Part shown: piece by piece, positions 9,804 to 17,912 of the stretch
Layout: every line of letters begins with the position of its first letter
How positions within the stretch are numbered: the first letter of the stretch is position 1
IMG/VR virus record: IMGVR_UViG_3300028908_000006
Coordinates: 1-64,000 of that record
Length of the DNA stretch: 64,000 nt
Source: a virus
Reading direction: 5' to 3' (one strand)
Made by a program: the position numbers and the translations under genes
The notes under the pieces: generated by a model
What the model was told of the DNA's origin: nothing
The model's database searches: none
Seen by the model: only the letters and a program-made list of their open reading frames with translations

Positions 9804-9850
9804 CTTGACATGGTCTGGATATTATGATACGTTACGGACATCATGTCAAG
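9804..9850. promoter_or_regulatory. overlapping divergent sigma70 promoters inside a 9-bp inverted repeat
   Basis: + strand TTGACA(9805)-17-TACGTT(9828); - strand TTGACA(9849)-17-CATAAT(9826); flanked by CTTGACATG/CATGTCAAG. Confidence 0.75.
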
Positions 9851-10742
9851 CACGATCATCTTTACAGGTGACTGGCATTTCAAACAGGCGAGCTACCGAA
9901 AGAGAGAACTCCTCGCTTTCTTTTCCTTCCTTGAGAAAAAACATGATCTCCATGATACCTACCTCGTTCTCCTGGGAGACATATTCGATTCAGCTACCGG
10001 CATAGACTGGGAATTCTTTATAACACTATACAAGTTTCTCTCATCGTTCAAAGGAGTTCAGATAGTAGTTGGAAATCATGATTGTGTCCTTCGTGACCAC
10101 TCTCCCAGGGGTCCCATGAAGATGTTGTTCACTCTACCAAACATCACCTACCTGTTCCCATACTGGGACTATTATGCCTCCTCATACATAAAAAAAGGCA
10201 TAAACATACATAAAAATAGACATAAAATACTTGTATGTCATAAAGACATAAAGGACATAAATTTTTATTCAGATGAGGAGTATGCTATTTCACTTGCTGC
10301 ACTCTCTGAGTTCCATCTGGTAATCAATGGCCATCTTCATGTAACGGCCCGTCATGGGAACGTCATCTTACCTGGCCCGCCGTTTCCAACATCATTTTCA
10401 GACACCTGTAAAGGAGGCTATCTTGTATTCGATGGGAAAAATATTGATTTCGTTGAAACGAACGTATCAATCTATCTTACGCATGATAATGACCTCCCGC
10501 TTGATGGATTTCTATCTCCGTATCTTAGAAGGTATGAGATCATCCATGTGAGAACCGATCAGGAGTTCTTGCATAGCAGGGTTGTGTTACATAGTAGGAA
10601 ACGGGAACATCGAGCTACTCCATCAAGCACGGCTTCAGTTCCTGATTTTGATACCGTGCTTGAAATGTCGAATCTCTCCAGTAGAGAGAAGAGGATCTTG
10701 AGGGCTATATATGGTAAAGAAAAAATACGTGCCGGCTATTGA
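9843..10742 (+). CDS. SbcD/Mre11/gp47-like nuclease
   Basis: GDWH, LGDIFD, GNHD, NGHLH; upstream of SbcC-like gene. Confidence 0.85.
   Translation: MSSTIIFTGDWHFKQASYRKRELLAFFSFLEKKHDLHDTYLVLLGDIFDSATGIDWEFFITLYKFLSSFKGVQIVVGNHDCVLRDHSPRGPMKMLFTLPNITYLFPYWDYYASSYIKKGINIHKNRHKILVCHKDIKDINFYSDEEYAISLAALSEFHLVINGHLHVTARHGNVILPGPPFPTSFSDTCKGGYLVFDGKNIDFVETNVSIYLTHDNDLPLDGFLSPYLRRYEIIHVRTDQEFLHSRVVLHSRKREHRATPSSTASVPDFDTVLEMSNLSSREKRILRAIYGKEKIRAGY
10183..10260. repeat. CATA half-site array embedded in the SbcD CDS (array B)
   Basis: CATA at 10183,10187,10199,10205,10209,10221,10239,10247,10256; 12-bp pairs. Confidence 0.65.
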
Positions 10743-11733
10743 TGCTTACTTTTCAAGACTCCTTGATAAGTCTCCCGATCTATCTCCTGATGAAAGAAGG
10801 AGGCTTGCCTGCTATCTATATGACAACCTTCAAGATCTCATCTCCCTGGTTGACAGTCTCCACAAGATATACGACTTCCCTGAACTTGCTGAATTACAGC
10901 AGCGGGTAAAGAATCGCGAGCTGTCACCAAAGCTTGTAGCTTCTCCTTATTTCGTGAAGGATGTAAAAAGCTTATTGATGAAATATGACATAGATGAGGA
11001 TCTCAAACGCAGGGGAATCCTTCTTTGTGATGAGATCCTGGCCACGGCAGATATTCTCATCATGTATAACCTTCGCCTGGTGAGAAACATACTGACTTCC
11101 ATGTTATACACCTCACCTGAGCGAGCTGATGAGAAGGTAATGTCTGAAGGTATCTGGGCGGCCATCCATGCCATCTATTCTTATAACCCTTACAAGGGAA
11201 CTGAGATGTCCACCTATATTGCCTGGTGGATAAAGTCTATCGTTGGCGAAGTGCTTGATAGGCGGAAATTCTCTCAGGCTGCTCCTGAACCATTCTGGGT
11301 GAGGAAACCGGCCGCTGCCTTTGGTAAGGTCCCCTTCAGGAAGATAATGGCTCTCAAACGTTTCCCAACGGTAGAAGAGCTTGAGAAGATAACCGGGGTC
11401 AACATAACTTCTTTCTTCTCTTCCATGTATGAGAAGACAGACAAGGTATCTCTCTTTGATAGGAACGTGATAGATGAGGAAGTGGAGAAAACGTTACACG
11501 ATGACACAGATGTTGAGATGGAGTTCATTTCTGATGATCTCAGGGAGAAGCTGTATGAATGTCTTGAGATGCTTCCTGAGGATGAAAGAAACATCATCTC
11601 TCTGTATTACGGCCTCAATGGTCCTTCTCTTCCATTGCGTAGTGTGGCTACCAGGATAAAACGTTCTTATGAATACACCAGAAAGAAACTCATCTCTGCC
11701 CAGGAGAAGCTGAAGAGATGTTTGAGCGAGTAA
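10711..11733 (+). CDS. phage sigma70-family sigma factor (middle/late transcription)
   Basis: YNLRLV; region 2 SEG...YNPYKGTEMSTYIAWWIK; region 4 LPEDERNIISLYYGL + HTH. Confidence 0.9.
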   Translation: MVKKKYVPAIDAYFSRLLDKSPDLSPDERRRLACYLYDNLQDLISLVDSLHKIYDFPELAELQQRVKNRELSPKLVASPYFVKDVKSLLMKYDIDEDLKRRGILLCDEILATADILIMYNLRLVRNILTSMLYTSPERADEKVMSEGIWAAIHAIYSYNPYKGTEMSTYIAWWIKSIVGEVLDRRKFSQAAPEPFWVRKPAAAFGKVPFRKIMALKRFPTVEELEKITGVNITSFFSSMYEKTDKVSLFDRNVIDEEVEKTLHDDTDVEMEFISDDLREKLYECLEMLPEDERNIISLYYGLNGPSLPLRSVATRIKRSYEYTRKKLISAQEKLKRCLSE

Positions 11734-13439
11734 CGATAGATGAAGTGAAACTGAGAAACTTTCGCAAGTATAAAAAATTCTCTCTTTCTATCCCAAAAGG
11801 ACTAATCCTGTTTTATGGGCCGAATGGGAGTGGGAAGTCAACCATCCCCATGGCCATTCAATATCTTCTGTTTGGTAGAGTGGGTGGAATCTCGAAGTCG
11901 GATCTTCTTTTCTGGGGGGCTGATGAAGGAGACGTTCCAGTAGTATCTGCCTTATTTTCAAATGGTGTTTCCATCACTCGTGGCAAGAAATTATCACTTA
12001 CTGAAGATGGGGAGCGAAAGTCTGTAAGGGATCACAAGTTCTTTTCCTTTCTTACCGAGAACACACGTTATTCCTTCCTCACCCCTGAACATTCCACTTT
12101 TGTGGATCTATCTCCAACAGAGAAGCGTAATCTTCTTGTGAAGATCATCCCAGACCTGAAACTCATCTCCACTTCCGTTGATAAGACCGTAAGTTCGATT
12201 TCATCTTTTTTCATCTCGAAGATACGCCAGGAAGAGAACAGAAAAGCCTCTCTTGAGGGAGAGTTGAAAAGCCTCAAATACACCATAGACGAGTTGAAGC
12301 ACTCCATAGAGGAGGCCAGGGCTACGGTATCCTCTCTTGAGGAGAAGGTGAAAAGCCTTGAGGCCCAGAAGATGGCCATCGAGGATGATCTTTCGAACTA
12401 TGATGCTTCACATATAAAGGCTCTTATAGAGGAGGAAAAGAAGCTCACTTCATCTATCGTAGTGGCCAGGGAGAAGATCAGGGCCCTCGAGGATGAGATT
12501 GAGAGGTTACGCAATAAACGGATGCTGATACCAACTCTGAAACAGAAGATTGATTCCCTTCTTCTTGAAACGGAGCAGGTTTCCAGATCAATTGAAACAA
12601 AGGTGTGCTCCTGGTGTGGTTCGAAGCTGAAGATTGAAAATATCGAGAAGCTTGAAAGGGAAGCTGAAAATAGATCAAGGAAGATAGACCAGCTCAGGGA
12701 GCAGATGAAAAAGCTCAATGATGATATTAAGCTTCTTGATGTAAAAGAGGAGCATCTCGAGGAACTCAAGAACTCTATTGACAAGATGACTTCCAGACTG
12801 TCTGAGATTCAGGAATTCCTCTCAGCCTATCGTGACCTTGAGAGGCGGCTTGATAATATAAACGAAGCCATAGAGACGACAAGAAGCGCCCATAATAGGT
12901 TGCTATCAGTCATAAACAAGCAATCTCTCCTTAGAGAGCACAAGAGAAAATATTCTGCCGTCAAGGAGAGGCTAGATAGAACATCCTCCAGGATAGGGGC
13001 CTTTTATGGTTCTCTGAAGAGGTTTGAAAATATCCAGTCTTTTATCAGGGGCTCTCTTGTTGACATATACCTTGACGGTATCTGTGCTTCTCTTACAGAC
13101 GCCACGAACAGGCTCCTATCGGAAACTGAGTTTGAGGTGGCTATCATATCTGATGGCGGCCGTATCAAATTCCTTGTGAACGACCATCCCTTCAATCATT
13201 TCTCGTCTGGAGAGCGACAGCGTATCAGAATAGCCACAACACTCGCTTTCACCATGATGGCTAACCAATCGGGTTTCGTGTTCATAGATGAGGTGTTTGA
13301 CAGCCATCTCGATCCAGATGGGATCGATTTCTTGGCCAGGACAATATCATCGCTTCCGTTTGAGCAGATCGGCATCACTACCCACAATCCCCTTTTGCTT
13401 GATTGTCTATCCCCGGCCGAGGTGATATACTTTGGCTAA
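11718..13439 (+). CDS. SbcC/Rad50/gp46-like ATPase
   Basis: LRNFRKY, GPNGSGKST, coiled coils, Zn hook CSWC, FSSGE, FIDE, ITTH. Confidence 0.9.
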   Translation: MFERVTIDEVKLRNFRKYKKFSLSIPKGLILFYGPNGSGKSTIPMAIQYLLFGRVGGISKSDLLFWGADEGDVPVVSALFSNGVSITRGKKLSLTEDGERKSVRDHKFFSFLTENTRYSFLTPEHSTFVDLSPTEKRNLLVKIIPDLKLISTSVDKTVSSISSFFISKIRQEENRKASLEGELKSLKYTIDELKHSIEEARATVSSLEEKVKSLEAQKMAIEDDLSNYDASHIKALIEEEKKLTSSIVVAREKIRALEDEIERLRNKRMLIPTLKQKIDSLLLETEQVSRSIETKVCSWCGSKLKIENIEKLEREAENRSRKIDQLREQMKKLNDDIKLLDVKEEHLEELKNSIDKMTSRLSEIQEFLSAYRDLERRLDNINEAIETTRSAHNRLLSVINKQSLLREHKRKYSAVKERLDRTSSRIGAFYGSLKRFENIQSFIRGSLVDIYLDGICASLTDATNRLLSETEFEVAIISDGGRIKFLVNDHPFNHFSSGERQRIRIATTLAFTMMANQSGFVFIDEVFDSHLDPDGIDFLARTISSLPFEQIGITTHNPLLLDCLSPAEVIYFG

Positions 13440-13668
13440 GGACAGAAACCCAATCAAATATTTCTTGATAGAGAGATTCAATTTCAATCCTGATCTAGCA
13501 GAGACTATTGTAGAGGAGCTTGTGGAATTCATCATAGAGACTGTCATCACCAAAGGTGAAATTACCGTTCCAGGGATTGGTAAGCTTTATATAAGGTCTA
13601 GTAAGATTGCCCACTCTGGCTTGAGAGTAGCGTTCAAACCTGCAAGGAAACTCAAAGATGCCCTGTAA
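13432..13668 (+). CDS. HU/IHF-like DNA-binding protein
   Basis: ITVPGIGKL...VAFKPARKLKDAL. Confidence 0.8.
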   Translation: MAKDRNPIKYFLIERFNFNPDLAETIVEELVEFIIETVITKGEITVPGIGKLYIRSSKIAHSGLRVAFKPARKLKDAL

Positions 13669-14191
13669 AGGTTGTATTGGTGGTGAAATCTGCTTCATGG
13701 ATGGTCCCTGTGAGTTCTTCCTTGAAGAGAAGGAAGATCCCAGGTATAATGAGATCAAGAAACAGGCCAATGAGCTTGCCGAAAATCTTTATCAAATAAT
13801 TACAAAGGAGGTAAATATGTCTCTCTTAGATACCCACATCAACGTTGAGGAACTTTCCGTTTCTCTTGACGATTTGGTCTCTGAAGAGGAGACCACTAAT
13901 GAGGCCCCTGCCCCGGAACCGGCCAAGGAAGAATCCCATTCTACTGATATTGCTTCTCCCCCTGATGAGGTGGTGGAAGAGACTCATGTTGAGGAAGAGG
14001 TAAAAGCTGAAGAGCCGGCTGTTCAGCCCGAATCCAGGAAATGCTCTTGTGGGAATGAGGTGGATGAAACTATCAAGACTGTAATCAATGTCCTCTACAC
14101 CATAAGAGGGGCAGAAGTTTCTTCGTCTACTAAGGCCAAGCTTGCCCAGGTCGCCTGCGAGGCTTTTGCTGAGGTTTTTAGTGACCTATGA
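13658..14191 (+). CDS. acidic hypothetical protein (possible internal start at 13817)
   Basis: Cys-rich N-terminus; AAGGAGG before MSLLD. Confidence 0.55.
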   Translation: MPCKGCIGGEICFMDGPCEFFLEEKEDPRYNEIKKQANELAENLYQIITKEVNMSLLDTHINVEELSVSLDDLVSEEETTNEAPAPEPAKEESHSTDIASPPDEVVEETHVEEEVKAEEPAVQPESRKCSCGNEVDETIKTVINVLYTIRGAEVSSSTKAKLAQVACEAFAEVFSDL

Positions 14192-14451
14192 ACTTCGAAA
14201 AGGCCTTCTTAAGAGCAGTTGCGAATGTGTATAGAGCGAGGGAGTGGAATAAGTTTCTTCCTCGCCTTGATACCTTCGATGAGCGTGAGCGGGTGGTTGT
14301 CGAGATTCCAAAAGGGGTCTGGGAGGTGTTTGAATCGCTTGCTGCTTTCTATGGGGTTCCACCTAATATGCTACTGGTATCTATGGCCTCTGCTGTAGCT
14401 GTGGAGTTTCTCCATCATGTTGAAGAGCTACGAGAGAAATCCGATAGATGA
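14188..14451 (+). CDS. ribbon-helix-helix-like protein
   Basis: RVVVEIPKGVWEVFESLAAFYGVPPNMLL beta-alpha-alpha pattern. Confidence 0.5.
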   Translation: MNFEKAFLRAVANVYRAREWNKFLPRLDTFDERERVVVEIPKGVWEVFESLAAFYGVPPNMLLVSMASAVAVEFLHHVEELREKSDR

Positions 14452-15250
14452 CATTATCATCCCACTCCACCAGGAGATCTTTGGACGGCCTCTCTTCCTG
14501 TCTCCACCACAAAGAGGCCGCATATTGGTTTTCATTGAAGAGCTTAATCTATCGCTTGAAGAACTTGAGAATTTTTATAGATATGTCTTGGAGTATTACA
14601 AGGATAAGGGATATTATGTTCGCCCCGGCCACCTGTGCTCCAGGAGAATCAAATCTTTTGTGGAGCTGGTCAAGGGTGGCCCAGCAAAGATCATAAACTA
14701 TAAGCTTTATTACCATCCCTTATATAGGAGACGCCCTGCCAGTCTGTCTCCACCCTATGAGGAAACGTTATTCAAGTATCTAAAATTTGCCCGTCATATC
14801 ATGGAGGCTTCCCGTCTCATTTACGTTCCCAAAGCTGGCCTTGTTATGGAGACGGGATTTGTTTTCTATAAACAGGCAGTTGCTGAGACTTCTCATTTTA
14901 GAGATAGCTTCAGAGAGTATTCAGAAGCCTTTTCATACTTCCTGAGCCTGGCTGATAAATTCAGGCATAGAGACACCTCCAGGATATGGAGGTCAAAACC
15001 GTTCTGGAAGATCCTCATCCCGAGGGAATACTTCAATTCTCTGATCGGCTCCCTTACTTATGAAGAGGCCCTTCTTTTTGTTGATATGGCAAGATTCATG
15101 AATCTCACGAAACGCGAAATGAGTGCTGTTTCAGCACTCAGTAGTAAACTTGAGCGCTTTAGAGAGCAGTATGGTGAATATTTGTGGCTCTTACCAAAAC
15201 CAAGGACACGAATAGTGAGGGTGATAAATAGTCTATGCAGGCACCGATAG
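14417..15250 (+). CDS. hypothetical protein upstream of the primase-helicase
   Basis: 277 aa; overlaps both neighbours. Confidence 0.6.
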   Translation: MLKSYERNPIDDIIIPLHQEIFGRPLFLSPPQRGRILVFIEELNLSLEELENFYRYVLEYYKDKGYYVRPGHLCSRRIKSFVELVKGGPAKIINYKLYYHPLYRRRPASLSPPYEETLFKYLKFARHIMEASRLIYVPKAGLVMETGFVFYKQAVAETSHFRDSFREYSEAFSYFLSLADKFRHRDTSRIWRSKPFWKILIPREYFNSLIGSLTYEEALLFVDMARFMNLTKREMSAVSALSSKLERFREQYGEYLWLLPKPRTRIVRVINSLCRHR

Positions 15251-16947
15251 AATTTGTCCGTGGCCAGAAGTGGCCTTACAAAGTTGACAAGAACGACATC
15301 ATCACTTTCTGTCCGCTCTGTAACACTCAGCAATCTCTCCAGATGAACTTCTTTACTGGCCGCTGGAAGTGCCATTCCTGTAACCAGGAAGGAACTCTCT
15401 ATGACCTCAAGAAGAAGATAGGTTTGATAAATCCGATAACTTCAGTTTCTTCCCTTGAGCCGCTTGATGACTACCATGTAAGAAAGATAGAAGAGGCGCA
15501 CAACCTTCTCATCTCTTCTCCTTCTCTTCTTGAAGAATTGCTTTCCTGGCGCCCCTGGACTATAGAAGCCGTAAAGCATTTCAGGCTCGGCTATACTGAG
15601 GTCCGCTTTGAAGACGGCACCATCAAAAAGTTTCTTACCATTCCTCACTCCTATCAGGGAAAGTTCTACAATGTGAAGTTTCGTTCCTGGCCGGGAGAAC
15701 CAAAAGAGTTCCAGCGTATCCCAAACGCGCCTACTATTCTCTTCAATACTGATGTCTGTCTCTCTTCTGAGACCAACGAAATCATGATTGTTGAAGGGGA
15801 ACTTGATTGCATCACGGCCTGGTGTTGTGGTTATCGAAATGTAGTAGCCACCACGGGCGGAGCGAAATCATCAATTCCATCTCCTTTCCTTGATCTCCTG
15901 GAGCAGTTTGAGAGGGTGGTGATAGCTTTCGATGGTGATGAGGCAGGAAGGGTCGGGGCAAAGAAACTTGCCAGACAATTAGGAATACATCGCTGTTTCC
16001 TGATAGACTTCCCGGATGGCTTCGATCTTACTGATTATGTGAAGGTTTATTCTTGTGAGAAGTTGAAGGAACTATCCCCAACTCCACTCTATCTTTCAGA
16101 TATAGAGAACTTTTCAGCCATTGTTGAACGAATTTCCATTGCTGGGGGAGAAGAAGATCTTCTTTCAACAGGCTTTAAGAACCTAGATGAGATAGTAGGC
16201 GGTTATGCTCCTGATGGGTTTTTGCTCACCATTGCATCTCCGCCAAAATCAGGGAAAACAACCTTCTCCTGCGCCCTGGCTTTAAACTTTGCCCGCAACC
16301 ACGGCCCGGCCCTTATCTATTGTCTTGAGATGAACAAGGAAAAGATTGCTTCTATTATTGTTTCTCAGTTGCTACATTCATCAAGAAAGCCTTCAACGAT
16401 AGAAGCCTCTCTTGTGAAAGAGAATTTTTCTAACCTTCCGCTCTATCATGCCTTCATGGCAAATGCCCAGCCAGAAGTAGTGTATGAAACCATAAGGGAG
16501 GCCTTCTATCGTTTTGGAGTGCGTTTTGTTGTATTTGATAACATTCATTATCTCGTGCGCGGGGTGGACAACAAGGCCTCTGTGCTTGCTGATGTGGTGA
16601 AGAATTTTTCTCTGCTCACAAAGGAGCTTGGCATCACCATCCTACTCATAGCTCAGCCCAGGAAACTTCCGAGGCAGAAAGGCCAACCTACTGAAATGAC
16701 TGCTTCAGATATAGCCTGGACATCTGCTCTTGAATCTGATTCAGATCTCTTGCTCATCATCAACCGGCCACGAATCTACTCCAAGCAGAAAACATTTTCT
16801 CCCTTCTTCAAGGTGATAGCAGAGGCATCCCGTTATGCCCCTGGGGGAGTGGCGTACTTTTTATTGGATGAGTTTTCTGCTACTGTAATCCCGTGTTCAG
16901 ACTTGGTTTCAAAATACTTCACAAAATTTGAGCAAGGAGAGAATTGA
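15235..16947 (+). CDS. T7 gp4/Twinkle-like primase-helicase (Zn finger, TOPRIM, SF4 helicase)
   Basis: CPLC...CHSC; IVEGELD; FDGDEAG; SPPKSGKTT; LEM; FDNIH; LIAQPRK. Confidence 0.92.
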   Translation: MQAPIEFVRGQKWPYKVDKNDIITFCPLCNTQQSLQMNFFTGRWKCHSCNQEGTLYDLKKKIGLINPITSVSSLEPLDDYHVRKIEEAHNLLISSPSLLEELLSWRPWTIEAVKHFRLGYTEVRFEDGTIKKFLTIPHSYQGKFYNVKFRSWPGEPKEFQRIPNAPTILFNTDVCLSSETNEIMIVEGELDCITAWCCGYRNVVATTGGAKSSIPSPFLDLLEQFERVVIAFDGDEAGRVGAKKLARQLGIHRCFLIDFPDGFDLTDYVKVYSCEKLKELSPTPLYLSDIENFSAIVERISIAGGEEDLLSTGFKNLDEIVGGYAPDGFLLTIASPPKSGKTTFSCALALNFARNHGPALIYCLEMNKEKIASIIVSQLLHSSRKPSTIEASLVKENFSNLPLYHAFMANAQPEVVYETIREAFYRFGVRFVVFDNIHYLVRGVDNKASVLADVVKNFSLLTKELGITILLIAQPRKLPRQKGQPTEMTASDIAWTSALESDSDLLLIINRPRIYSKQKTFSPFFKVIAEASRYAPGGVAYFLLDEFSATVIPCSDLVSKYFTKFEQGEN

Positions 16948-17912
16948 TGCATCCAAAGATAAGAAGCTTCCTTGGTAAGCGTGCGGCTATCCTTAAGGTA
17001 TCAGGCCAAGCGGCCAGGTTTTCAGGAGATACCATTGAGATTGTTGGGATAGACTTTATTTACAGGCTTAAGGTTCCTGGTGTGAGCATAGTCCCTTCCA
17101 TCTTTATCAACATCCAGGACCTGACATCGGTCCTCTCTATTCTTGGAGAGATTGAAGAAGCAAAGAGAGTGGATCGCAGGCTCCTTCTGAGACAGTCTTT
17201 CATCCAGGCAGAAATACCGGTAATGGAAGGAGATGTAAGCACGACTGTCTCTCAGATAACAGAAGGGGATACCATTTTATTTCCCGATGATTTCTATGAA
17301 TCGCTGGTCTCCCTTTCAAAGATCTTTTCCCTGGCCATGATCTACTTTCCAAGAAAGGACAGAGTGATTGTGCATGATGAAGGGGCCCGCTTCCTGGCCG
17401 TGATAGAGACAGAAGTCCCTGAAGATGTGATAGGCTCTTATGGCACCTGTTCTTCAAGTACTATCTTCATAGATTCTTTTTCTCCATCCTGGCAAGTCAT
17501 CCCTTCTACCTGGCACATCGTCTTAGGCCAGCATGGAGAACGGGAAGATTTTTACTTCATCTTCTCTTCCATGAAAGCGATTGAACTTGAACAGTTTGCT
17601 CCGCTTGCAAACCTTCTAGACGAACTCCTTTCTGAAGAAAGGATAGCCATAAAGACAGAGCCAAAACTTTTTTCAGCATCCTCTTTCCCCATAACCGATG
17701 TTATATTCAGGAATAAAGACATCATCATTTCATCTGACTCCTTCTCTCTTACCTTTGAAGGGGCCCTTTCTTCACCGATTGAAGCAACCATCCTCTCTTC
17801 TTCTTGGCAGGATTTAATTCCAAAGGCGAAGGGATACAGGCTTTTCTATCTCCCTGGCAGAAAGTTTTTGTGTGCTGAATCTGATCGTTTCAAGATCTTC
17901 CTACCTGCATAA
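16944..17912 (+). CDS. hypothetical protein, possibly a divergent sliding clamp
   Basis: 322 aa, beta-rich, between helicase and polymerase; clamp loader present downstream (inference). Confidence 0.4.
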   Translation: MMHPKIRSFLGKRAAILKVSGQAARFSGDTIEIVGIDFIYRLKVPGVSIVPSIFINIQDLTSVLSILGEIEEAKRVDRRLLLRQSFIQAEIPVMEGDVSTTVSQITEGDTILFPDDFYESLVSLSKIFSLAMIYFPRKDRVIVHDEGARFLAVIETEVPEDVIGSYGTCSSSTIFIDSFSPSWQVIPSTWHIVLGQHGEREDFYFIFSSMKAIELEQFAPLANLLDELLSEERIAIKTEPKLFSASSFPITDVIFRNKDIIISSDSFSLTFEGALSSPIEATILSSSWQDLIPKAKGYRLFYLPGRKFLCAESDRFKIFLPA

